A stretch of DNA of 64,000 nt from contig NIVC01000067.1 of the NCBI GenBank assembly GCA_002269645.1, positions 868,001 to 932,000 on the forward strand, in the 5' to 3' direction. This document shows, one piece after another, positions 1 through 11,615 of the stretch (position 1 is the first letter of the stretch; each line of letters starts with the position of its first letter). This DNA is from Macrostomum lignano (lineage: Eukaryota). Under the pieces are notes generated by a model, which saw only the letters and a list, made by a program, of their open reading frames with translations, ran no database searches and had not been told where the DNA came from. Position numbers and translations under genes: made by a program.

Positions 1-60
1 GGTGCCGTCGTCAGCGAATCCGTTGCAACTGAGGTCGAGCCACTGGAGACTGGCGTTTGT
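1..60 (-). CDS. LRRC74: LRRC74-like LRR gene, exon running off the left edge (TNASLQWLDLSCNGFADDGT)
   Basis: TTCAG acceptor at 61-65 (minus). Joins the upstream exon in phase 0 to give AALG|TNASLQWLDLSCNGF, an RNI-type LRR. Confidence 0.85.
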
Positions 61-207
61 CTGAATTGTCATGGAGATACGGTTGGAGACTTCTCTATAG
101 ATAGAAATAGTGTTACAGCCCTGGTTCTACAACCCTGGATTGTAAAATCGGCACCCATGGGCAGTGGAACCGGAACCTCTAGTCTCTAGTGATGAACCAG
201 AACCTCC

Positions 208-560
208 GGTCCCTGGACTTTGGATCCTCTGGTTCCTGGACTTTGGATCCTCTGGTCCCTGGACATTGGATCCTCTGGTCCCTGGACATTGGATCCTCTG
301 GTCCCTGGACTTTGGATCCTCTGGTCCCTGGACATTGGATCCTCTGGTCCCTGGACATTGGATCCTCTGGTCCCTGGACTTTGGATCCTCTGGTCCCTGG
401 ACTTTGGATCCTCTGGTCCCTGGACTTTGTATCCTCTGGTCCCTGGACTTTGGATCCTCTGGTCCCTGGACTTTGTATCCTCTGGTCCCTGGACTTTGGA
501 TCCTCTGGTCCCTGGACTTTGTATCCTCTGGTCCCTGGACTTTGGATCCTCTGATCCCTA
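208..560. repeat. 23-bp minisatellite (GGACTTTGGATCCTCTGGTCCCT)n in LRR intron
   Basis: About 15 tandem copies; source of the ORFs at 164-670. Confidence 0.95.
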
Positions 561-647
561 GACTGTGGAACCGGCACCAATGGGCTGTAGATCCGGCCCA
601 TTATCCGGATACGAGACATATAAACAGAGGCTAATGTCAGATCGAAC

Positions 648-836
648 CCCGAGCGCAGCGCCAATCTCAACAGCTCCGTGAAGTCGAATCTCGCAAGCTG
701 ACAAGTTCAGTCTAACCAGCTGGCAGCTGATGGAGGCCGCGAGACTGTTGCTTCCAGCGAGAGCCGCTCCGATCAGCTGAGCGCCAGCGCTGCCCAGACG
801 GTTGGCGCTATAGTCCAGGTCCTTGAGGGTGGACAG
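648..836 (-). CDS. LRRC74: LRRC74-like exon (LSTLKDLDYSANRLG...LVRLNLSACEI...GAALG)
   Basis: Acceptor CCCGCAG ends at 837, donor GT at 647; 189 nt, phase 0-0; two LxxLxLxxNxL repeats. Confidence 0.85.
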
Positions 837-1182
837 CTGCGGGACAGAGTGGGTTACTTTGAGGGGCTTTGTCACTGCCGAAAACGAAGGCGACTATCAA
901 CCCGTGAGCACGTTCCCTGAGCACGAATACGCGCACGGACAGATTCGTGCTCACAGGCGCAGACTCACATAGGGTGCACAGACTTTCTTATCATCAGGCA
1001 GTGTGCACACTCTGTGCCTTGGTGGTTTGACCTTCGTGGTCGTGAATTGCATAACCAATTATCATGCACGAGCCCTAAATTATTGTGGCCGTAATCGGAA
1101 TCGAATCCCCGGGGACTTAAGCACGAAAGACAGACGCGTTACCACTAAGCTACTCTGCTTCTCTGGTCGATTTGCCTACAAA

Positions 1183-1662
1183 TTTGCCTACCACTACAGC
1201 TTTGTCTACCATTACAGCTTTGTCTACCATTACAGCTTTGCCTACCACTACAGCTTTGCCTACCACTACAGCTTTGCCTACCACTACAGCTTTGTCTACC
1301 ACTACAGCTTTGCCTACCATTACAGCTTTGCCTACCACTACAGCTTTGCCTACCATTACAGCTTTGCCTACCATTACAGCTTTGCCTACCACTACAGCTT
1401 TGTCTACCACTACAGCTTTGTCTACCACTACAGCATTGCCTACCATTACAGCTTTGCCTACCACTACAGCTTTGTCTACCACTACAGCTTTGTCTACCAC
1501 TACAGCATTGCCTACCATTACAGCTTTGCCTACCACTACAGCTTTGCCTACCACTACAGCTTTGCCTACCACTACAGCTTTGCCTACCACTACAGCTTTG
1601 CCTACCAATACAGCTTTGCCTACCACTACAGCTTTGCCTACCAATACAGCTTTGTCTACCAC
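1183..1662. repeat. 18-bp minisatellite (TTTGCCTACCACTACAGC)n in LRR intron
   Basis: About 26 tandem copies; source of the FAYHYS/TTTALP/GKAVVV ORFs. Confidence 0.95.
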
Positions 1663-1715
1663 AAGACTATCCCAGAAATGCACTTTGGTAACACAACTCT
1701 ACAAGCTCAACGAAC

Positions 1716-1859
1716 CTGCATCAAGCTGACCAGATGCTGGGCATCCTTCTCAACAAAATCGTTGCCAGCCAGATTGAGTTTACACAGAGCGACAAATGAG
1801 CTGCACCCTTCAGCCAGCTGTGCCAGCGCCTTGCCATCGAGTCGGTTACAGCTGAGGTT
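1716..1859 (-). CDS. LRRC74: LRRC74-like exon (NLSCNRLDGKAL...KLNLAGNDFVEKDAQHLVSLMQ)
   Basis: TTCGCAG acceptor, GT donor at 1715; 144 nt, phase 0-0. LNLAGNDF resembles LELSGNDF of LRRC74A (from memory). Confidence 0.85.
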
Positions 1860-2174
1860 CTGCGAAGTGATTGCATGGATGTGTGCGGTTGTGTAAGATT
1901 TTTGTACACGCAGTATTACATTCTTTCGAGCTATTCTGGAATTATTCCTGATAGGTTGAAAGGGAAAATGCCATTTTTTGAAATAATGAAGGCATGTAGA
2001 ATGTCAGTTAGGTATATGGGCATGTAATCTGACCTGTAGGCGGGTATGTGAATTTGTACGTAATGCATGTACGCAGGTACTCAGGTACGAGTATGTATCT
2101 ATTGGCATGTAGCAAGTAGGCATGTAGGTAGGTGCTTTAAATTCACGCAACTGTGTGTCTCTGCCCAACCTCAC

Positions 2175-2282
2175 CAGTGTTGTCAGATTGGCCAGTTCGC
2201 TAGCTGCCGTGACCAGGGAGTCGATGGCCAGGACTGTTAGCACGTGCCCAGACAGGTTGACCTCGCGCACGTTCTCTTTGCG
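2175..2282 (-). CDS. LRRC74: LRRC74-like exon (RKENVREVNLSGHVL...NLTTL)
   Basis: ATCGCAG acceptor, GTGAGG donor; 108 nt, phase 0-0; joins as NLTTL|NLSCNRL. Confidence 0.8.
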
Positions 2283-2414
2283 CTGCGATTGAACAAATGC
2301 GGGAATGAGGAAAACAGATATTAGGATGGATTTCAGTGATTCGGCAGAAATAACTATAGAAAATAGAAATAAAAGTTACTGCAGGAGGGCTGTGGACACT
2401 CTAACGAAACGCCC

Positions 2415-2484
2415 TTGGCGACGTCGTCCCACAACCAGCGCTGACGACAATTCTGCCCATTCCGTTGAATCCTGAGCACATAAG
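2415..2484. repeat. Short dispersed repeat with a second copy at ~7009-7070
   Basis: Both sites share TTGGCGAC..ACAACCAGCGCTGACG..AATCCTGAGCACATA. Confidence 0.6.
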
Positions 2485-2708
2485 CGAGCGAATGCTGTAC
2501 GCAGGCACGCACTCATGCCCACGCTCACACAGGGTGTACTGCGGCTCTAAGAGTCGGAGGCATTTACGAATGAGCTGCTCTGCCACCAAGCAAGCAATCG
2601 TTGGGTTGGCTTCATCTGCAGCATCGTCTAGTCAGTTACTACTCAGCCACTCAGCTCAGCCCACCAACCAACTCAGAATCACCCGCTTAGTCACTCCGTT
2701 CTACTCAC

Positions 2709-3270
2709 CGCCAGCGGTACGCAAGCGGCCACCACGTCGCTGTCCCGCAAGCCTAGACCGGTGACGCAGATCTTGTCGCCCGAGCCGGTCAGCTGGGCTA
2801 GCACCTGGCTCAGAGCCATGACTCGCAGCCGTCGGCACGCTCGTGTGTACATCCGACCCAGACTGTTCAGCAGCGAGTTCTCCCCGGCGCTGTCGCTGTC
2901 GTCGTCGTAATCGTCGTCTGGACTGTCCAAACAACGGCGACGCCGCCTACCCTGTCGAGGCGTGGTCGACGGTTTCGACATACGAGCAGTCCAGGCGTCC
3001 TCCAGATCCGTGTCCGATTCTTCGGACGATTCACCAGCCAACGTCACTTCCGAGGCTTCCTGACGAGCTTTGCTGGTGACCTCTCGGACAACGGCTTGGG
3101 GCTGCTGCTGCTCCACCTGCCGATTTCTCCGCTCTTGCCGCCGCCAATGCCGCCGCCGTAGCCGCCGTCGCCGATTGCTCCCGGTGTTGTCCGATGCGCC
3201 CCCGCTGGCCTGCTGCCACTCGGCCAGTTCTCGGTGGAAGTGCTCCACGGCCTCCTCCGCTTGGCCCTTG
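2709..3270 (-). CDS. LRRC74: LRRC74-like 5'-most visible coding exon (..SEESDTDLE..YTRACRRLRVMALSQVLAQL..GLGLRDSDVVAACVPLA)
   Basis: GTGAGT donor at 2708. DTDLE and Y..AC..L.V motifs resemble the LRRC74 N-terminus. The 5' boundary (acceptor ~3270-3280) is uncertain and there is no ATG. Confidence 0.75.
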
Positions 3271-4127
3271 CTGAGCTCAGAGATTATTAAACCGTCTCAG
3301 ATATAAAAGAGGCAAATTCTGTTCTGAGCAATTTAAAGTTACAAAATTTACTTGATATTTTCGTAGACTGCCTTAAAAATTTCTCTGCAGGGGACCAAGT
3401 GCAGCCGCAACCCTGCTCAGCTTAACTCGCTCACTGGGGCTGCACTAACCATTGCCATCTCTGCTTAACTTTCTGCGCCAGAAGTAATTTGGCTTGTCCA
3501 AAAAATCAATTAAAAATTTCGCTCGAATCAGAATGAAATTTGCTTGGTTGCAAACCTATAAGGCCTAAACATGTTAGCCTATACATGTCGGCCTATACAT
3601 GTACTCCTGATGTTTTTCAAGTTTGTGTAGGGTCCATCTAAGAGTCCTTGGTGTCAATCCAATACGCTATTGATGTATGGATGACATGGATCAGGCACGC
3701 CGATCAGAGGGTCCCATACTTATCCAGTAAATTTTGTTAATGCATCTTACCGCCTTTTAGTTTTAGCTGCTGCATCGTTACTGTTCACTGTTGATGCCTC
3801 CTTGTAGCTCATGATAGCAGATAATTCATTAATGATAATAATCAGAAAGCCAAGCTCCTGCTCGCATAAAATGCACCAAGGAACTTTACTTCACTTAAGT
3901 GTCAAAATATAGATTAAAGTCAGCTTGAATAGTTGCCATGGGCTCCTATTTGCCCTTCCCACTCCCTTCCCCAGAGGAGATCCTCCAACAACTGCTCCTA
4001 GCTACCGGCTGCGGGATTAAGGAAGTTCATCATCATCCTTTTGATGCTTGCTCCTATATGGACTATTTACTGTCATGCTATTGTTGCGGCTGTCAGGCCA
4101 TTTTTTGTGCAACGCGTGGAACAGCAG

Positions 4128-4338
4128 CGATTTTATAGGGTTGCTTGAGGGCGATTCTATAGGGTTGATTGAGGGCGATTCTATAGTGTTGGATTGAGGG
4201 CGATTCTATAGGGTTGGATTGAGGGCGATTCTATAGGGTTGCTTGAGGGCGATTCTATAGGGTTGATTGAGGGCGATTCTATAGGGTTGGATTGAGGGCG
4301 ATTCTATAGGGTGGATTGAGGGCGATTCTATAGGGTGG
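4128..4338. repeat. 24/25-bp minisatellite (GATTGAGGGCGATTCTATAGGGTT)n
   Basis: About 8 tandem copies. Confidence 0.9.
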
Positions 4339-4923
4339 AATTTAGACAATTTAGACAATTTTAGTATGTTCAAAAATATTTTATTACTTTTTTAACTTAG
4401 GGTTGGTGCAGTTGCTCTTTCTGGTGTAGTTGCGGTTTACTAACGAGGAGATGCGATCAAAAGTAGCAACAATATACTTTCTGGACAGACCTCGTAGGTA
4501 AATTTATTTGGCTTATGCTTTTAAATTATAATATAACATTAGTTAAATGATCTGCATTATATAAAGGTTTAAAAGTTGCGTAACTAAAGCTGAAGACTCG
4601 TATTGTTTAAGTCTTTAGAAATCAACAGTAACTGAAAGTACTCCAGCACTAAAAGAAAGTATTGAAGGCCTATTTTAAAAAATTGCCAAAATGTAACACT
4701 TGATGCGAGCTTTACCAAAAGTACATCCAATTAAGTAATCTATCATTCAAGTTGAATTCTAAGCTTTTCTTCTAAGCTTCGACAATTTCATATCAGTTTG
4801 AGTTCGAATCGGCCTTCAAAACATTTATGAGATTCCCCTAGAGCAGTTATGATCAGTCTGTTTAGTAAATTAGTTAAATAATGCTTGCGATTTAAAAAAA
4901 GTTCATCGCGTCCTTCATTTCCA

Positions 4924-5814
4924 TCAGCTGTCTGCGGCCGGCACAATTCGAACTCGCTGCGACACGCCGAACCGCGTGTGAAATGTGCCGGCCGTCACGA
5001 AGGCGACCTTGCTGCTGCCCTCCGGGTGCCGGAAGCCGAGGTTTCGCTGGAACACCTGGCGCAGATTCGGGATCACGATTGGCAGCAGGTAGCGATTGTC
5101 CTTGGTGTACAGGCGCACCTTGATGCGGCCGGATAGGTAGGTGACGGCCGTGAACCGGGCCTTGAACTCGTCCTCCTCAATCACCACCTCCGCTTCCACC
5201 CGGGAGGGCCGGCCGTCCCGGCTGCCGGGCACCCGGATCTCCGTGTTGATGGCCCACGTCACCTCGGACTCCACCGACTTCTCCGACTCCTTCTCCAAGC
5301 TGAACTCGGCGCTGAAGCCTGCGTTGAGTTCCAGGATGTCCTGCGGCAGCGCGAGCTTCAGGCCGAACTCCTGGTTGAGCACCAGGCCGCGGGTGATGCG
5401 GTAGCAGCAGCTCGAGCGGGTGGTCCTGCTGGTGTTGATGTGGTTGACGATCTCGTGCGGGCACTCGTTGGTGTACACCGTGCGGAATGCACAGCAGCTG
5501 CTGGTGCTGGGCCTCAGCGCCCGGCCCTGAGCCACCACCGTGACGGCCTCGGAGGCAAGCAGCTTGTCATCGTCGCCCTCGCCGTCGCCGCCAGCGCGGT
5601 TGGCCGCCTCAGGCTCGTAGTTGGGCACGGCGGTGACCACCTGCAGCTCGCGGGTGTCGATCTCTCGGCGCAGTTCGCCCCAGGGCAGCCGGCAGCCGAG
5701 CGACTTCTCCAAGTCCTTGCGTTCGTTCCTGTCGTAGATGGCTTCGGCAAACCTGTCAACGATGTCGTCAAGGTTGACGATCTGCTCCTTGAGTGCCGCC
5801 GGCTCGTCCGCCAT
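4924..5814 (-). CDS. Aerolysin-like / ETX-MTX2 family beta-pore-forming protein (LIN-24-like), 296 aa, coding region intronless
   Basis: Clean GC-rich ORF from MADEPAALK. It has FRTVYTN, a Ser/Thr-rich TSRTTRSSC strand, an amphipathic hairpin (ITRGLVLNQEFGLKL..LNAGFSAEFSL), then EVTWAINTEIRVP and AEVVIEEDEFKARF, the motif order of metazoan ETX/MTX2 proteins. Recognised by eye, no HMM run. A splice acceptor ends at 5840. Confidence 0.8.
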   Translation of the reverse strand: MADEPAALKEQIVNLDDIVDRFAEAIYDRNERKDLEKSLGCRLPWGELRREIDTRELQVVTAVPNYEPEAANRAGGDGEGDDDKLLASEAVTVVAQGRALRPSTSSCCAFRTVYTNECPHEIVNHINTSRTTRSSCCYRITRGLVLNQEFGLKLALPQDILELNAGFSAEFSLEKESEKSVESEVTWAINTEIRVPGSRDGRPSRVEAEVVIEEDEFKARFTAVTYLSGRIKVRLYTKDNRYLLPIVIPNLRQVFQRNLGFRHPEGSSKVAFVTAGTFHTRFGVSQRVRIVPAADS

Positions 5815-7079
5815 GACCGCCCGAGTTCCAGCCGTGTTGCTGGGGTGGAGGCAACGGGAAAGAAGAATGAAATTAGGGGATCGGAGATCCACCCTGCCAG
5901 TCTGTATTTAATGCCGAACCGATCGATCGGACTCCTGCCCTCCCAGCCCCAGCAGGCATTTCATAGGGAAGCCCAGAATGACTCTTGTTTTCCTCTCTCT
6001 CATTTCCTTGCCGCCCCAAGGCTTGGCAACAACCGGGGGCGCATTTTTTCGGAGAAGCCTCTCCAGTCTGCTGCTCACCTTCAGATTAATAATCCCGCCT
6101 TCACCCTGAGCAGTCAATCTGATTTTTTCGATCGGCCACGAGATAGAGAGAGAGAGAGAGAGAGAGCGATAAGCATGCAGTGTGTAGGAGAATTCCCCAA
6201 TACAAGCTGCGAGCCTGACTGAGCTATATTTGCCGCACAATAATGCACCGTGTGGAACTCTGTGTGGAAGAGCTGACTGTATTAACAATTCGAAGCAGTT
6301 CTGTTCAATATACGAAGCAAAAGAATCCCAATAATTTGAATATACGTAATATTTACCAACTTTGCAAACAAAATGCACAGAGCCTAAGGATTCTGTCAAA
6401 TATAAAATAATAACAAAATTAATAATTATTCAAATCACCAAAATATGAAAGTTACCTTTTGATATTTACCTAAAAGTCACTGGATGGCAGACCTGCAGAG
6501 GATAGTATAAGTTGGCAACAGAAAGATTCGCGGAAGAGAATAAAAACTTGTGCAGTTTGATTCCAGACTGGTCAGGCCAATCTAAACGCGAAAACTATGC
6601 AGATGAAAGCGATAAAACAAAGTCTTTGTTAAGTGTTTCTGGTTTAGTATCTGCTGGCAAACTGCAAATAAATGAGTAAATCTGCTTCTGCAGATTAAAG
6701 ACAATCTATTAAAAAAGCTGCTTTTTCAACGTGTTGTCTTTCTTCTACGTGTATAGTTTCCTAGAAATGATGCGATGCTGTCCGAAAAAAATGTTAGGGC
6801 AAACTACTTGTAGTAGCTAGTGCGAACATATTTGCAAGCGAGTTTATGTAGCGGTTTCAATGCGCACTTATATCTTTCAAGTTATGACTCCTTTGACAAC
6901 CGCTGATAATAATAAAATAATAGTAACATTAATAATATTAATGATAATAGTCACAATATTACCAATCGCTCGCAGGAAGGCCGTAGGCACCCTGGAGCAA
7001 CGATTTCTTTGGCGACATCATTCTACAACCAGCGCTGACGGCAAATCTGCCAATCCTGAGCACATACAAGCACGCCAAA

Positions 7080-7654
7080 ATCATGAGTGTGAATCATGAG
7101 TGTGAATCATGAGTGTGCATCATGAGTGTTAATCATGAGTGTGAATCATGAGTGTGAATCATGAGTGTGAATCATGAGTTTGAATCATGAATGTGCATAA
7201 TAAGTGTGAATCATGAGTGTGAATCATGAGTTTGAATCATGAATGTGCATAATAAGTGTGAATCATGAGTGTGAATCATGAGTGTGAATCATGAGTGTGA
7301 ATCATGAGTGTGAATAATGAGTGTGAATCATGAGTGTGAATCATGAGTGTGAATCATGAGTGTGAATCATGAGTGTGAATCATGAGTGTGAATCATGAAT
7401 GTGAATCATGAGTGTGAATCATGAGTGTGAATTATGAATGTGAATCATGAGTGTGAATCATGAGTGTGAATCATGAGTGTAAATAATGAATGAGAATCAT
7501 GAGTGTGAAACATGAATGTGAATCATGAGTGTGAATCATGAGTGTGAATCATGAGTGTGAATCATGAGTGTGAATCATGAGTGTGAATCATGAGTGTGAA
7601 TCATGAATGTGAATCATGAGTGTGAATCATGAGTGTGAATCATGAGTGTGAATC
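7080..7654. repeat. 13-bp minisatellite (TCATGAGTGTGAA)n
   Basis: About 44 tandem copies. Confidence 0.95.
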
Positions 7655-8039
7655 ACGCTCACCGATGAGGCATAACTTTGCCTTTGACAAGCGCAAAGTC
7701 ACCAGCGAAATCTTGATTTTGATTTTGGTAAAAGTCGAATTAGTATAAATTACAAGTCTATTTTCTTCAAACTCCATACTAAGCTACTAAAAGTAGCTAG
7801 ATCTGATCTCAATAGCACTGGGCGAGTCTGACTCAAAATCCGGCTTACAGGCAGATGTCAGCATTGGAGCAGCTCCATCCTGTCACGGACTAAAGATAGA
7901 GGAGATGTTCAATTCCAATAGCCGAGAGGTGCGAACTCTGAGACGTATGGAGAGAGAGAAAGTCTGTGCAAATACTGAGGAAGAGAGGTAGACACTGAGA
8001 AAGTTTGGAGAGGCAAGGGGTTGATTCTGAGATGACTTG

Positions 8040-8965
8040 GAGAATATGAGATATAGACACTCAGATTGCTAGGATAATGAGAGGTAGACATTGAAACAAC
8101 TGTGGAGTGAGAGGTAGACAATGAGACGGCTGGGAGATTGAAAGGTAGACACTGAGATTGCTACGAGATTGAGAGGTAGACACTGAGATTGCTAGGAGAT
8201 TGAGAGGTCGACACTGAGATTGCTAGGAGATTGAGAGGTAGACACTGAGATTGCTAGGAGATTGAGAGGTCGACACTGAGATTGCTAGGAGATTGAGAGG
8301 TAGACACTGAGATTGCTAGGAGATTGAGAGGTCGACACTGAGATTGCTAGGAGATTGAGAGGTCGACACTGAGATTGCTAGGAGAATGAGAGGTAGACAG
8401 TGAGATGCCTGGGAGAATGAGAGGTAAACATTGAGATTGCTAGGAGAATGAGAGGTAGACAGTGAGATTGGTAGGAGAATGAGAGGTAGACACTGAGATG
8501 CCTGGGAGAGAGAGGTAGACACTGAGATTGCTACGAGATTGAGAGGTAGACACTGAGATTGCTAGGAGATTGAGAGGTAGACACTGAGATTGCTAGGAGA
8601 TTGAGAGGTCGACACTGAGATTGCTAGGAGAATGAGAGGTAGACACTGAGATTGCTAGGAGAATGAGAGGTAAACACTGAGATTGGTAGGAGAATGAGAG
8701 GTAGACACTGAGATGCCTGGGAGAGAGAGGTAGACACTGAGATTGCTAGGAGAATGAGAGGTAAACACTGAGATTGCTAGGAGAATGAGAGGTAAACACT
8801 GAGATTGGTAGGAGAATGAGAGGTAGACATTGAGATTGCTAGGAGAATGAGAGGTAGACAGTGAGATTGCTAGGAGAATGAGAGGCAAACACTGAGATTG
8901 CTAGGAGAATGAGAGGTAGACACTGAGATTGCTAGGAGAATGAGAGGTAGACAGTGAGATTGCCA
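8040..8965. repeat. 31-bp minisatellite (GAGAGGTAGACACTGAGATTGCTAGGAGATT)n
   Basis: About 28 tandem copies, degenerate at the left end. Confidence 0.95.
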
Positions 8966-9617
8966 GCCAGACACCAGTCTCAGTAATGCTGCAGAAATGG
9001 CTTTACAAGTAGTACATCAGTAGGTCAGCAGCTGCCCCCAAGTTCTCGTGACGCGCAAAAAATGGTCGTAAAACTAAAAACACTGAATTTCTATAGCTCT
9101 GCACTAATAGAGCGCACTAGCCTACTTCTCAGTCTCTTCGGCAGAAGACATCTGGCGCCTTCCTAATTAATAATCTAGGCTTCAAGGCGAGTTCACATCG
9201 GGCTACAGCCAGGCGTGTTGTAAAACTTTCAATACGAGCTAGCAGAATTTATCGCAGCGCACAGCACACTAAGACACAGTCTGAGGCATGTCACGCATCG
9301 TTGAGCCTGTGTGTGTGTCTGATCTGATGAAGCTGGGTGGGTGGGCTTCGTCATCCAGCTCGGAGCCACACGCAGTCTCTCAGCTGGGGGTCCTCGCTGC
9401 CTCCCCTCCCTGTCCCGCGCAAAAAAGAACAATGGAGAGAAAGTATACAGAATAGATGTAGGGCCCTGTGTCGGTCACTTTCTTCTCAGCGCTTTGCTAA
9501 GCTATAAATGCGAATAGAAACAGGAGAGGAAATGCCCAAGTGAAAGCTCTCTTCGCTGTCCGTCTGCCTGTCTGTGCCTTGTTCTGTCATCAACTTCTCA
9601 GCTAGTGCAGAGTACAG

Positions 9618-10034
9618 ATGACGTCAGCCGTTGGCGGTACTGGACTGTTCAAAGCGCCGTACCGTCTGTCCAGACGGCAGCCGCAGCTGCCTCTGGTCAG
9701 CTCCGGGGAACCTGCAGCCAAGTGGAAGGCCGCAGCTGCCGCCGCTGCCGCCGCCGCCGCCTCGGCAGCAGGAACAACCGACTCTGATTCCAACGCCGAC
9801 AACAAGGAGCCGCTGACATCCGAGGATTGTTCAACAAAGTCTTCTTCGACTTGCTCAGATGCGCTGCCAAATTCGACTGAGGCGACTACAGCGAGTAGAA
9901 AAAAGTCGGTCAACTTCCGGTTGTCGCCGGCTGAAGAAGCGGCTGACAGGGAGGCACAGCTGCTGGCCTCGCTGGGCATCGAGTTCCGGCCTGGGCGAGT
10001 CCGGCCGAATCCCCATGGCAACCGGATGCGATAA
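9618..10034 (+). CDS. Orphan 138-aa low-complexity protein or terminal exon (poly-Ala, KKSVNF motif)
   Basis: GC-rich island preceded by a pyrimidine tract with AG at 9601 and another AG at 9617 directly before the ATG. No family recognised. Confidence 0.45.
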   Translation: MTSAVGGTGLFKAPYRLSRRQPQLPLVSSGEPAAKWKAAAAAAAAAAASAAGTTDSDSNADNKEPLTSEDCSTKSSSTCSDALPNSTEATTASRKKSVNFRLSPAEEAADREAQLLASLGIEFRPGRVRPNPHGNRMR

Positions 10035-10488
10035 TCAAGCATCTGTGCTGATCACTTGGCTGTGTTTGCTGGCCTGCTCTTGACAGTTCTGTCATCGCGT
10101 GCCCAAATGTTGATGAGGATTTCTCACTTTGAGGATGCCAGCTGTCTTCAACTCTGCTGTCTACTTATGTAATTCCCCACTCATCATTTCCCACATCAGT
10201 CCCAATTATCAAATTGATCATCAAACACCGATTCCGTTATTCAAGTCTTGCCTGCTCGCTGTTTAATTGAAAACCTGAATTTACGCTCGTATCTCACCCT
10301 GTGACCGCCCGATGCATCCAGTCACTCTAGCAAATCTTGTCAATCAAGCGCAATAAATTTTGATTGTGTTTTTTCAAATTAAAATAAATCTGTTGAAATG
10401 CACAGCCTACTCTCGATTTAATGTTTCGGTCTGTAATCCTTCATTTAACTTATTTTAGTGACAAAGAAACAACTTGTCTGCCTGTCTA

Positions 10489-10921
<433 letters not shown>

Positions 10922-11615
10922 TTAGTCAAGCCAATGACAGCTCCAATATTTTCCAGCATCGGTGAACCGTGACAGAAACAGGATGAAATTTAACAACCCC
11001 CTCTCCTAAGAAATGAAAGACTGCAAATTAAAGCAAAGCAGAGCACAGATGAAGAGGACACTCCTCGCTGCGGAAGGGAACTCAAAAATTTCTTTTCAAA
11101 CGGAGGAAGAGGATAAGGGAAAATACAGACGGATGAGACGGAAGAGGAGCAATGGGAGGAAGGGGGGAGAGAGGGGGACGGGGCACTTATTCAGGCTGGG
11201 GACCGCAATAAAAATCGCATTGCCAATTCGGCGGCCGGCAGCAGCGGAGGGGCGCATCGGTCCGGGGGGGGGGCTGCCCGCAGGGGGAGACCCGGCCGGG
11301 CTTCGGATTGAAATTGGCGGGCAATCGATGCCGCTGCGAGGCTCTGGGGCTGGGGGCGAGAGAGAGAGAGGTAGGAAGAGACGGAGCCAAGGGATTGGCG
11401 TTCCGCTTCTAGGGGACGGGGCTGAGGCATAGAAACGGGAGGAAGGAGCGGAGCCTCCGGAGCTGGGAGCAGGAGAAAAAAGCAGCAGAGAGAGCGAGAG
11501 GAAGCAGACAGCGCGGGGGTCAAGAAAATAAGAAGAAGCGGATAGAGGAGGATCTGTCTGAGCTGCCGGGCGCGACTTCTTTCTCCATTGTCCCCCTGAG
11601 CAGCCGCGACTGGTC

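Noticed and set aside
1003-1896. 297-aa FAYHYS ORF and overlapping ORFs
   Set aside because: An 18-bp minisatellite within an intron of the minus-strand LRR gene.
5141-6222. Antisense and alternative-frame ORFs over the GC-rich CDSs (also at 11639-12685, 34365-35053 and 37266-38231)
   Set aside because: Shadow ORFs expected from high GC3 codon usage.
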